Source: Cyclobacteriaceae bacterium (GTDB lineage: Bacteria > Bacteroidota > Bacteroidia > Cytophagales > Cyclobacteriaceae). Taken from it: 64,000 bases of DNA. Positions 43,958 to 52,699 of the stretch are shown here, piece by piece (positions within the stretch are counted from its first letter, which is position 1; each line of letters opens with the position of its first letter). The stretch spans positions 413,156 through 477,155 of the forward strand of contig CBDETD010000002.1 in NCBI GenBank assembly GCA_965242805.1, read 5' to 3'. The notes below the pieces were generated by a model, which had not been told where the DNA came from, did no database searches, and worked only from the letters and a program-made list of their open reading frames with translations. Position numbers and translations under genes: made by a program.

Positions 43958-44271
43958 GGTCTATATGCTGGTATGGTCTCCCACATCTGATTTCTTGATT
44001 GCTGGATCTCCAGGGCCACATTGTATCCCATTTGGGTTGCCTGATACATCCTTTTTGGTTTTCCACCTCTTTCAGGGGTCGCCTCACCCATCCTGCTTTT
44101 CAACATTCCTTTTTTTTCAAGCCTTTTAAGGACCACTACCACAGCGGGTAGAGATATTGATCTTTTGAAACTAGTCTCATAGATCCTGACAATCTCCGCT
44201 CCATTCGTTTCCCCTTCTTTGAGGATCACCAACAGGATCATTTCCTCCAATAGGCCCAGATTGAAACTCAT
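43954..44271 (-). CDS. PadR-family transcriptional regulator
   Basis: LEEMILLVILKEGETNGAEIVRIYE....SLPAVVVVLKRLEKKGMLKSRMGE is the classic PadR winged-helix pattern. Confidence 0.9.
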   Translation of the reverse strand: MSFNLGLLEEMILLVILKEGETNGAEIVRIYETSFKRSISLPAVVVVLKRLEKKGMLKSRMGEATPERGGKPKRMYQATQMGYNVALEIQQSRNQMWETIPAYRP

Positions 44272-44276
44272 AGTTT

Positions 44277-44315
44277 ATTAAGTTAATATTTGTTAACTAC
44301 GAATTAAGTTAATAT
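44277..44315. promoter_or_regulatory. Candidate PadR operator region: two perfect 13-nt direct repeats ATTAAGTTAATAT plus the palindrome AGTTAA-N6-TTAACT
   Basis: The repeats lie at 44277-44289 and 44303-44315, spaced 26 nt apart. The palindrome spans 44281-44298. All lie within 45 nt upstream of the PadR start codon (44271). Confidence 0.4.
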
Positions 44316-44400
44316 ATGTTTACATTAAAAATCCAGACCCCATACTTTCTCTTTTTAGTAAAAGTATTTCTTCGATTATTTATATTTCATTTTAATAGTT

Positions 44401-44408
44401 TACATTTG
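44401..44408 (+). promoter_or_regulatory. Bacteroidetes-type -7 promoter box TACATTTG
   Basis: This is an exact TAnnTTTG match, 33 nt upstream of the 44441 start codon. Confidence 0.3.
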
Positions 44409-44440
44409 ATATTCTTTCACAACCCAACTATAACTACATT

Positions 44441-45013
44441 ATGAAACCATTCTCTTTCCTCCTTGCCCTAATAATTGGCACTTGTCTATATGCTCAATAT
44501 CCGAATCCTGTCAGTGGTTCTTTCAAGATCACTGTTTCCGATGGTGTCTGTTCATTCAATGGGCTTAGTATTGGCGATAAACTTGCTGACATTGAAAAGA
44601 AAATAGGTAAAAGTGGATTGATCACGGATGTTCCGGGAAATGCTGGTATGAAAACCATCTTCTATCCTAATCATGGCCTGGCATTCTCACTCGAAGGAGA
44701 ATTCATAAGAGAGATCTCATTGTTCCCAAATGAAGGAACGCAGATGGGTGATATTTCACGTTTTAAGATCTTTTCAAGAAATAAAAGTGAATGGAGATTT
44801 GATCAATTACCTCTCATAGAAGCCAATCCTCAGGATATCATGCAGTTGATGGGTACTGACCTGAGTACCAAGGTCGGTGCAGGATTTACAGCTGCCATCA
44901 GCAACAATGTAATGGGTTACAAGGTCATCAATTCCGGTGGTGCACAGGATATCATCTTTTATTTCAATAATAAAGACGTCATGGAAGAGATCACCAATCG
45001 ATTGAGCAAATGA
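44441..45013 (+). CDS. Secreted hypothetical protein
   Basis: The 190-aa ORF has a signal peptide (MKPFSFLLALIIGTCLYAQ) and a promoter box upstream. I do not recognise the family. Confidence 0.5.
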   Translation: MKPFSFLLALIIGTCLYAQYPNPVSGSFKITVSDGVCSFNGLSIGDKLADIEKKIGKSGLITDVPGNAGMKTIFYPNHGLAFSLEGEFIREISLFPNEGTQMGDISRFKIFSRNKSEWRFDQLPLIEANPQDIMQLMGTDLSTKVGAGFTAAISNNVMGYKVINSGGAQDIIFYFNNKDVMEEITNRLSK

Positions 45014-45128
45014 GGTCCGTTTGATCAACACGCGGTAGCTTCTTAATTAATCTCCATCCTGACATTTATCCTTGTCCAGGATCAATTCCTTATTTTATTT
45101 CGCGGTAACGATTTAACACCATTACCCT

Positions 45129-47135
45129 ATGAAATCAATTACACTACTCCTACTATCTATTGTCTATTGTACCAGCGTCTTATTCGCTCAGGAAGCATTG
45201 ACCCCTGTTGATGTTGCCAGCATCAAATCAGTTTCACAGGTAAAGATCTCATCCGATGGTAAGTACATTGCCTACACGGTTAGTAATCCAGCCGATCCAT
45301 TTAAGGAAAATGTAGCAGCGAGAACGCCTCTGTACGTTTTTGATGTGTCCTCCAACACTTCGACTCCGTTTTATACTCAATCGTCGGCAGGTGCATTGAG
45401 CTTCCGTCCCGGATCAAATTCCATAACTTTTCTTAGCCAGGGTCCGAATGACAAAGTCAAATCGCTCTATGAGATAAGCTTATCCGGTGGTGAAGCCGTA
45501 AAGCTGTTTGAACACGCCACAGCCATTAGCAAGTATGAATGGTCAGTGGATGGTAAACTACTTATCACCGCCAAGGAGAAAGTGGATGAAAAAACTTCAG
45601 TCCTACCTTACCAACCAGAAATCTACGAGGAAGATCTTCCATTTACGAGAGCGTATATCATCGATCTGGAAAAAGGAAAAGCCACCCAGGTTAATATTGA
45701 TGGCCATATTGACGAGATCCGATGGAGTCCTGATGGATCCCGAATAGCAGTTTCCGCGGCCCCTACTCCTCTCATTGACGATTTCTACATGCGACAATCT
45801 ATCTACATTGTGAATTCAACAACCTCCGAAGTCATTGGACAGGTCAATCACTCTGGTAAGCTTGGGGAATTCGAATGGAGTTCCAACGGTTCGAAACTAG
45901 CGTTCAGGGCCGGTGCTAATCTTAACGATCCAATTGATGGTCGTATTTTGATCGTTGATGCTGACGGTGGAAACCCTAAAAACCTCGCCCCTGAATTTTC
46001 TGGTAAGTTTGAGAAGTTCTCGTGGAAAGATGGTAACACCCTCTATTATTTGTCCAGCGAAGGCGTTTACTCGGCCTTTGGTACGCTCAACATTAGTAAT
46101 GGAGCTTTAACTCCCTCTATAACAAGTGGCTCATTCCCGATACTGAAGGATTATTCTATTGCTGATGATGGGTCCTTAGCGTTTATAGGTGAGTCCCCCA
46201 ACTATCCTAAGGAGCTTTTCTTTATGGGAAAGAAGGACAGATCCCCGAAACGAATTACTGATTCCAATCCATGGTTAGCGGACAAAGTCCTCGGTAAGCA
46301 GGAAGTTGTGAAGTATAAAGCCCGTGACGGTATGGAGATCGAGGGACTATTGATCCGTCCTGTTGGGGAACGACAAGGACAGAAATATCCGTTGATCACG
46401 GTTATTCATGGTGGTCCTGAAGCTCACTACGATAATGGTTGGTTAACATCTTATTCTTCTGCAGGCCATCTAGGAGCTGGAAATGGATATGCAGTCTTCT
46501 ACCCTAACTATCGCGGTAGTACAGGTCGTGGACTTGAATTTACGATGAGCAGTCAGGCTGACCTCGCTGGAAAGGAATTTGACGATGTCGTGGATGGAGT
46601 GGATTACCTTATCGAGAGTGGCCTGGTAGACGGTTCGAAAGTTGGAGCTACTGGTGGTTCTTATGGCGGTTATGCCACGGCATGGATGGCAACCAAGTAT
46701 AGTGATCGTTTTGCAGCAGGTGTGATGTTCGTTGGTATTAGCAATAACCTCTCAAAATGGGGAACATCCGATATACCGGAAGAACTTTACCAGGTACATG
46801 CCAGAAAAAGAGTGTGGGAAGATTACGATTTCTTCATGGACCGCAGTCCGGTAAAATATGTCGACAATGCCAAGACTCCCCTATTGATCATGCATGGCAA
46901 AAACGACACAAGGGTATATCCCGGCCAATCCATGGAGCTATATCGTCATATTAAGACCAGAACTGACACGCCGGTCCGATTGGTTTTTTATCCTGGAGAA
47001 GGTCATGGTAACCGCAAAGCTACAGCTCGTTTCGACTATAATCTGCGTATGATGCGATGGTTTGACAACTACCTGAAAGGCTCGGATAACCAGCTGGATA
47101 CAACGATCGATTTACCGGAAAAGAGTGAGAAATAA
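45129..47135 (+). CDS. S9-family serine peptidase (prolyl oligopeptidase / acylaminoacyl peptidase type) with an N-terminal beta-propeller
   Basis: There is a signal peptide and PD40-like propeller repeats (SSDGKYIAYT, SPDGSRIAVS, SSNGSKLAFR). The catalytic domain has VIHGGPEA, the nucleophile GATGGSYGGY, LLIMHGKNDTRV (Asp) and YPGEGHG (His). Confidence 0.9.
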   Translation: MKSITLLLLSIVYCTSVLFAQEALTPVDVASIKSVSQVKISSDGKYIAYTVSNPADPFKENVAARTPLYVFDVSSNTSTPFYTQSSAGALSFRPGSNSITFLSQGPNDKVKSLYEISLSGGEAVKLFEHATAISKYEWSVDGKLLITAKEKVDEKTSVLPYQPEIYEEDLPFTRAYIIDLEKGKATQVNIDGHIDEIRWSPDGSRIAVSAAPTPLIDDFYMRQSIYIVNSTTSEVIGQVNHSGKLGEFEWSSNGSKLAFRAGANLNDPIDGRILIVDADGGNPKNLAPEFSGKFEKFSWKDGNTLYYLSSEGVYSAFGTLNISNGALTPSITSGSFPILKDYSIADDGSLAFIGESPNYPKELFFMGKKDRSPKRITDSNPWLADKVLGKQEVVKYKARDGMEIEGLLIRPVGERQGQKYPLITVIHGGPEAHYDNGWLTSYSSAGHLGAGNGYAVFYPNYRGSTGRGLEFTMSSQADLAGKEFDDVVDGVDYLIESGLVDGSKVGATGGSYGGYATAWMATKYSDRFAAGVMFVGISNNLSKWGTSDIPEELYQVHARKRVWEDYDFFMDRSPVKYVDNAKTPLLIMHGKNDTRVYPGQSMELYRHIKTRTDTPVRLVFYPGEGHGNRKATARFDYNLRMMRWFDNYLKGSDNQLDTTIDLPEKSEK

Positions 47136-47163
47136 GGAGTTAAAACTCCAGGTTTAGACAAAT

Positions 47164-47220
47164 AATAACCATCTATAATCTACTGTTATTCAGTTACTTA
47201 TAGATGGTTATTTTTCTTTG
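47164..47220 (+). terminator. Strong rho-independent terminator after the S9 peptidase gene
   Basis: A perfect 14-bp stem pairs AATAACCATCTATA (47164-47177) with TATAGATGGTTATT (47199-47212). It is followed by TTTCTTT. Confidence 0.7.
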
Positions 47221-47267
47221 AGATATAATTAAAGTATTGCTTTAATTGATCTTTTACTTATAGGCGA

Positions 47268-47876
47268 TCAGTTGAAGCGTATCGGACTGGTTGTTACCTG
47301 AAACGTTCGCCCCCCTGATAGTGTGATATCCAAAGTGAACACATGAACTTCAGAGATCCCAGGTAGAACATTCAACTCCACGGAAGTAAAACCTCTAAGA
47401 GCCGATAAAGCTGATTGTCCAAAGCCCGTCACATCAACATAGAGATCGTTTATTGACGTTTCCCCTAATCTATAACTAGAAGTGAAGAGATCTCTAAGGT
47501 CAGTTCCAGCAGGATAATTGTCATTAAAGTCACGGTTACTGGTGATCCTCAATTCCCTAATAACCTCGTCTGTGTGAGGCCCTATACAACTCAATGCCAT
47601 GGCTGTTGGAAACAACAATGACCTGAAGTTCATCTCATCTGTTGGAGCCATAGCTGTCCCACTTTTACTTACCTCGAAGACAATGGCAATAGCAAGATTT
47701 GTTAAATCAATGGTGTCATTGTTGGCAATTGGTTCACCGTTGATTTGTAGCGTTTCAATACTCCCCAGATCATACCCGGTATCAGGGCACGGACCACCAT
47801 CGTCGGTTTCATCACAACTAAAAGGCAATGGTACAATCGCAATTATTACCAGTGCATATTTGATTATTCCTTTCAC
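47268..47876 (-). CDS. Lipoprotein of unknown function, paralog of 56128..56748
   Basis: The lipobox-like signal is PLPFSCDE. Shared blocks with the paralog are DTIDLTNLAIAIVFEV / DTIELTRVAFEVKFAV, NDNYPAGTDLRDLF / NSSFPAGTDLAAEL, and FQVTTSPIRF / FRSTIGPVRL. Confidence 0.55.
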   Translation of the reverse strand: MKGIIKYALVIIAIVPLPFSCDETDDGGPCPDTGYDLGSIETLQINGEPIANNDTIDLTNLAIAIVFEVSKSGTAMAPTDEMNFRSLLFPTAMALSCIGPHTDEVIRELRITSNRDFNDNYPAGTDLRDLFTSSYRLGETSINDLYVDVTGFGQSALSALRGFTSVELNVLPGISEVHVFTLDITLSGGRTFQVTTSPIRFN

Positions 47877-47927
47877 ATCAATTGAATTTAGAGTTTAAAG
47901 TCTAAACAACCACAAAACACGTGCCAC

Positions 47928-48452
47928 CTACCGCTTCTTTAAGTAATCAAGGGACGCGATCATCTTGATCACATTTCTTTTGATTGCCGGTGACAAAGTC
48001 GACAGATATTCCTCATCTGTCAAATAACTGATCTCACTTACCAATTCCGGATATCTTTTCACAACTTCAACCAGTTTCTTAAACGCATTATATCTTACAG
48101 AAGAAGATTTACCGGCATGTTTCCAGATCTCGATGCAGGTTTCAAAAAGAATTCCCTCCTGCTCGTCACTAAGTTCAAACCTGTCAATAAGGTGCAACAA
48201 TTCTCGTTGATGTCCGTCTGGTCTATCAATTAGGATCGAGACCATTTGATCCAAATGATCGATCATACGAGCATCATTTGGTTCTATGAGCTCTTTCAGT
48301 ACCCATGCAGCTCGCCAGGCCTGGGGTTGATCCGAACTTATAGCAATTTGGATCGCTTTTTCTACGGCAACCGGATCTTCCCTGAATTGGGCCACCAATC
48401 GCTTTTTATCAAAAACTGATCTCAAAAGTTGACGTAGTACCTCTTCCGACAT
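47928..48452 (-). CDS. HEAT/ARM-like helical-repeat protein (resembles the DNA_alkylation-repair-type fold)
   Basis: The protein is all-helical, starting MSEEVLRQLL... and containing QPQAWRAAWVLKEL. The start at 48452 lies directly after the SSS gene stop at 48454. The track start at 48482 overlaps the SSS gene. Functional assignment is weak. Confidence 0.4.
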   Translation of the reverse strand: MSEEVLRQLLRSVFDKKRLVAQFREDPVAVEKAIQIAISSDQPQAWRAAWVLKELIEPNDARMIDHLDQMVSILIDRPDGHQRELLHLIDRFELSDEQEGILFETCIEIWKHAGKSSSVRYNAFKKLVEVVKRYPELVSEISYLTDEEYLSTLSPAIKRNVIKMIASLDYLKKR

Positions 48453-48453
48453 T

Positions 48454-49998
48454 TTAATGGAATATGATATGGACCAGGACAAGAGAAATAGCCAGGACGA
48501 TACCCTGGATGGTTACATCTCTGGGGGGTCTCTCCCATCTTTCTTTTGACAACCACCCTCCCTTTAAGGAAAAAAGTATTACTCCTGTAAGGGGCAAAAT
48601 AATCACCCAGAATGCACGAACGAAGTAGTTCATTTCCGGCATAAAGTACTTGATCAGAATATTTAGGGGGACAGTACAAAGAAATGCTATTAAGGTAGCT
48701 TTTCGGTTTGGCACCATCATCAGTACGATGGTGCATATCAATACTACTATTCCGCAGTTGATGTAATATCGGAGTTCATTCAAAGTGTGTGTAAAGGCAC
48801 TTTCCGGATTATCAAACTTGAGGTACAAAAGGATCATACCCATCAGGATCCCGGAAAAAAGAGTAAACAAAATTGCCCTTCGTCCCTGACTGACCATTTG
48901 TTCATCTGTAGCTTCGGACTTGATCCAACCTTTGTAAATATCCACAGACCACAAGGTTGCAATACTGTTGAAGGTACTATCTACAGTACTCATCAGGCTT
49001 GCAAAAAGCGCACAAAGGACCAAACCCTGAACTCCAATGGGCAAATAATTTTGTACCAGGTATGGAAACACCTGGTCCGGCTCCTGTAAACTATTATTTT
49101 CTCCCAATATGCCAACCAGTGCAATTCCAGGGATGACGATGATCACTGCCATAAGATATTTCAATATACCTCCTACGATCAGTCCCTTTTGAGCTTCACC
49201 AAGGTTTTGAGCTGCAAGTGAACGCTGGATGATGGTTTGATTAGCGCACCAGTAATTGATATTGAGGAAGAACAGGCCTAAAATATGGGTCCAGGGAAGT
49301 GTTGGGTGATCCGCTGGTAGATGCAGATGCATCAGCTCCGGAGTATCATACAGTTTTCCCCACCCACCCAATTCACGAACTACCACCCATGTAATGATCA
49401 TCCCACCCCCTAAAAGGATCACAAACTGGATAACATCGGTCTTTACAACCGCATTCAATCCGCCGAGATACGTGTAAACGGCGGAAAAAACCCCTAATCC
49501 AACCAGTAGTATTGCTATACGTATGAGTCGGTCCGAATGGAGCACACTGAGATAATCTGTAAAAACCAATTCAGCGGCATAGGCTCCCCAAAATAGTGCT
49601 GCTCCGAGTGTGATCGTAGAAAACAAACCAATATTTGCCAGACTGTACAATCGGGCGATCACCTTTCCTGCTCGTTTCTCAATGAATTGGGTTATAGTCA
49701 CAACCCTCTCCTTAAGATAAAGGGGTACAAATAGGAATGCGGCAAGTAAAATACCTTGAATTGCATTGATCTCCAGGCTGGCTTGGGCCAGACCATACAA
49801 GTATGCTGATCCCATCATTCCCAGAAACTGGTAACCCTGGATATTCGTAGCAATAGTGGAGAATGCAATTGAAGGCCATTTCAAAGACCTGTTCCCAAGA
49901 AAATACGCATCAACAGAAACAGATTGTTTAATCCTACCTCGAATCGCAACAAGGAAGATGAGAACAAAGTAGATTACGACTATCCCAAAATCAAGCAT
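48454..49998 (-). CDS. Sodium:solute symporter (SSS) family transporter
   Basis: The 514-aa protein has about 13 TM segments and a typical SSS N-terminus (DFGIVVIYFVLIFLVAIRG...YFLGNRSLKWP). The start codon overlaps the stop of the upstream monooxygenase gene by 1 nt (TGATG). Confidence 0.85.
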   Translation of the reverse strand: MLDFGIVVIYFVLIFLVAIRGRIKQSVSVDAYFLGNRSLKWPSIAFSTIATNIQGYQFLGMMGSAYLYGLAQASLEINAIQGILLAAFLFVPLYLKERVVTITQFIEKRAGKVIARLYSLANIGLFSTITLGAALFWGAYAAELVFTDYLSVLHSDRLIRIAILLVGLGVFSAVYTYLGGLNAVVKTDVIQFVILLGGGMIITWVVVRELGGWGKLYDTPELMHLHLPADHPTLPWTHILGLFFLNINYWCANQTIIQRSLAAQNLGEAQKGLIVGGILKYLMAVIIVIPGIALVGILGENNSLQEPDQVFPYLVQNYLPIGVQGLVLCALFASLMSTVDSTFNSIATLWSVDIYKGWIKSEATDEQMVSQGRRAILFTLFSGILMGMILLYLKFDNPESAFTHTLNELRYYINCGIVVLICTIVLMMVPNRKATLIAFLCTVPLNILIKYFMPEMNYFVRAFWVIILPLTGVILFSLKGGWLSKERWERPPRDVTIQGIVLAISLVLVHIIFH

Positions 49999-51158
49999 CA
50001 GATACGTTTGGCCGTCCCCAGTGGTGTTGAGGGTTCATTTTCAGGGACTCTACCCTGCACATGAGGCATGGAGAAGGTATTTAATCCAGGAAGTACCAGG
50101 TCACCAAACTGTTTGCATGCTTCCAGATGTGGATACCCTGAAAATATAAAGGACCTGATCCCCATGCTTTGATACCGATTGATCTTCTCAATGACCTGCT
50201 CAGGACTACCAACTAAAGCCGCACCACACCCCGAACGGGCTTTACCTATTTCTGTCCACAACATGGGTTCAGCATAACCATTTGGATCAGAGGCTTTTCT
50301 TAGATCTTCCTGAAGTGATACACCGTAAGATCTGGAGTCCTGTGCTCTATTCCGGATCTCTTCACCCAGTTGCAGATCCAATTTGGACATTAATTCATTG
50401 GCTGCATCTCTTGCTTCGGATTCTGTTTCCCTGACAATCACATGTACTCGTAACCCAAAGTCTACGGTTCGCCCAAACCTATCGGCTAATTCACTCATTT
50501 TTCTCATGTGACCAAGGAGGTTTTCCTCTACATCAGGCCACATGAGGTAGACATCACAATGTTTTGCACAAAGGGCAACACCATCCGGAGAATAGCCTCC
50601 AAAATACAGTAATGGACCTCCTCCCTGTTGATACGGTTTGACAGGATTGGTTGAAAGTTTTAGATTGTAATATTCTCCTGAAAAGTCGATTTCGTCCTGA
50701 TTCCAGGCTTGCTTCAATATTTCAATGACCTCTGCCGACCTAAGGTACCTGTATTTACTATCAAGGTTCATTCCGGGAAGGTCAGAGCTAATTATATTCA
50801 ATGTCAATCGCCCTTTTAACATGTGATCGAGCGTGGCAATTGTCCTTGCCAGCATGGGGGGATGTATTTCACTACATCTTATGGCTGGCAAAAAGTTTAT
50901 CCTATTTGTAAGCGGGGCATTGGCTGCGACAAAGGTCAATGTATCCTGTCCAACCTGGTAAGAAGAAGGACAAAGGATATTCCGGAATCCGAATTCATCA
51001 GCTGTTTTTACAATTGCAGAAGTATTCTCCCAGGTACTTTTATAATGATCATCTCTAGCTCCTAAATATCGATCGTCTCCATCACAAATAGGCGCAAACC
51101 AGGAAACTTCAGCTCCCTGCACATCCATTGAACGAATTCTGATCCCCGATATAGTCAT
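49998..51158 (-). CDS. ssuD: SsuD-like FMNH2-dependent alkanesulfonate monooxygenase (LLM / luciferase-like family)
   Basis: The protein is collinear by eye with E. coli SsuD. Matching segments are [14 protein letters not shown] / FWFLPTHGDGHYLGT, LYFGGYS / LYFGGSS, DVYLMW / [29 protein letters not shown] / [41 protein letters not shown] / GTALVGDGPTVAARINEY, and [10 protein letters not shown] / FVLSGYPHLE. Confidence 0.8.
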   Translation of the reverse strand: [386 protein letters not shown]

Positions 51159-51180
51159 CCGTCAAAGGAACAGAATTTCA

Positions 51181-51645
51181 TCAAAAACTAAAATCCGTCC
51201 TTTGAAGGTTTAAAGAGTATGTGTATAAAAGATCCCCAAAGGTGATAGGATCATTGTCCGATCTCTGCCAATTCCCTGTGTCTAACACATTTTTGCTATA
51301 CATCAGCGAATCATCCCCCACAACCATTATTAATTCCAACTCATCAATAATGTCCTTAAATATCTCCGGATCTTCGATCGATTCCCTGGGCAGATCCAAC
51401 TCATTGCTCATAAAATTCAGCGAATAAATTATTTTCAGCTGGTCTGGAGCTATCAAAATGTTCTCGGCGGTATCTCCTACTGATAGATAAGAGGTTCTAT
51501 ACGTGAGGATCAGATCTTGACTTGTGTTATTGTAAACATCAAAACTATGTGTGATCTCGATGGGACTTAAAACCTCATCCAAAGGAAAGTCACATTTCAC
51601 TGCAAGTAAAGTGACCGCCAGAAGAATAATCCATCTAGACCTCAT
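51181..51645 (-). CDS. Secreted hypothetical protein
   Basis: The 154-aa ORF has a signal peptide (MRSRWIILLAVTLLAVKC). It lies 22 nt upstream of the ssuD-like gene and is co-directional with it. I do not recognise the family. Confidence 0.5.
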   Translation of the reverse strand: MRSRWIILLAVTLLAVKCDFPLDEVLSPIEITHSFDVYNNTSQDLILTYRTSYLSVGDTAENILIAPDQLKIIYSLNFMSNELDLPRESIEDPEIFKDIIDELELIMVVGDDSLMYSKNVLDTGNWQRSDNDPITFGDLLYTYSLNLQRTDFSF

Positions 51646-51718
51646 ACATCAAATTTTTATGGATACAAATAAAGATAAATTTCGTGTAATGGTGTGATTA
51701 TCTCTATATTGGAAATCT

Positions 51719-52456
51719 ATGCTTGAGCGCAAGATCATCTTCTCAATTCTGGTGTGCATCGTGTTTCTGATTGGAGTAAATTTTTGCTCAGATAATACTC
51801 GATTATTTTCGGACCTATCAGAAGGATCTGCCAATGAGATTAGAAACGGTGAAAGGATCAATAAAAGATCAGATGGTACGATCCAGTCAAAGATTCCCTA
51901 CATAGACGGGCAGAAACATGGCGACGCATATATGTATTACAAAGATGGTAAAACCATTCAGCTGAAAATGATATATAGATATGGGGATCGACATGGCACT
52001 TCCTTGAAGTACTATGAGTCAGGAGAGCTTTACGCTGAAACGCCTTACGAAAACGATCTTATTCACGGAGACCGAAAAACCTATTTCATAAATGGACGAC
52101 AAAAAGCGGTAGCTCCTTATGGCTTTGGATTGCCTGGTGTTGGTCTCGCGGAATTCTTTAGAAATGGGGAACAGAAGGTCCTGCCCATCATTATCGTTAA
52201 TCGAAACGGTACCAATTTGATCCTTGAAACCTCCTCCCCTTGCAAGGAAACTCAATTTTATATTGGAGACCTTATCAAAGATTCGTATTTCCCAAAAAAT
52301 GGTGAGGGATTGCACCCAGTCTTCAGGAGCGATTTTGAGTTTAAAATTGATCTGAATGTGTACACACCCAGCTATTTGGCAATGCAGGATATTATATGTT
52401 TTTGCAAAACCTCACAGGGAAATCCACTCGTCTTGAAGAAGAGGGTGAAGCTTTGA
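51719..52456 (+). CDS. MORN-repeat-variant (YwqK-like) protein
   Basis: The repeats read PYIDGQKHGDAYMYYKDGK, YRYGDRHGTSLKYYESGEL and YENDLIHGDRKTYFINGRQ, which is typical of the MORN_2/YwqK family. Confidence 0.65.
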   Translation: MLERKIIFSILVCIVFLIGVNFCSDNTRLFSDLSEGSANEIRNGERINKRSDGTIQSKIPYIDGQKHGDAYMYYKDGKTIQLKMIYRYGDRHGTSLKYYESGELYAETPYENDLIHGDRKTYFINGRQKAVAPYGFGLPGVGLAEFFRNGEQKVLPIIIVNRNGTNLILETSSPCKETQFYIGDLIKDSYFPKNGEGLHPVFRSDFEFKIDLNVYTPSYLAMQDIICFCKTSQGNPLVLKKRVKL

Positions 52457-52473
52457 GTAAAAAGCTTTTTTAC

Positions 52474-52618
52474 GGTCGAGGACAGCTCAAAAAAACTGTC
52501 ACATCGAACGAAGTGAGATGACTATACATAGGATTACGTGAATTCCGCCTGATGGATTCACTTAACAGTTGTAAATAGCTCTCTCCAAAGTCAAGAAGAC
52601 AGTTTTTTTGAGTTGTGG
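52474..52618 (-). repeat. Intergenic repeat element, copy E1 (opposite orientation to E2), with 19-nt terminal inverted repeats
   Basis: The terminal inverted repeats are ACAGCTCAAAAAAACTGTC (52482-52500) and GACAGTTTTTTTGAGTTGT (52598-52616), complementary at 18 of 19 positions. In reverse complement, the blocks GTCTTCTTGACTTTGGAGAGAGCTAT, TGTATAGTCATCTC and GACAGTTTTTTTGAG match E2. Confidence 0.6.
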
Positions 52619-52699
52619 TATACAAATCTTGCACGGTTTTTGATTGTTTTATAATTAGATAGTTGTTTCTATTTTAAGCTTCTAATTCTAATCAGTGCT

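Noticed and set aside
48422-48736. 104-aa minus-strand ORF overlapping the 3' end of the SSS transporter gene
   Set aside because: It is an alternative frame of a gene with clear transporter features and is not needed to explain the region.
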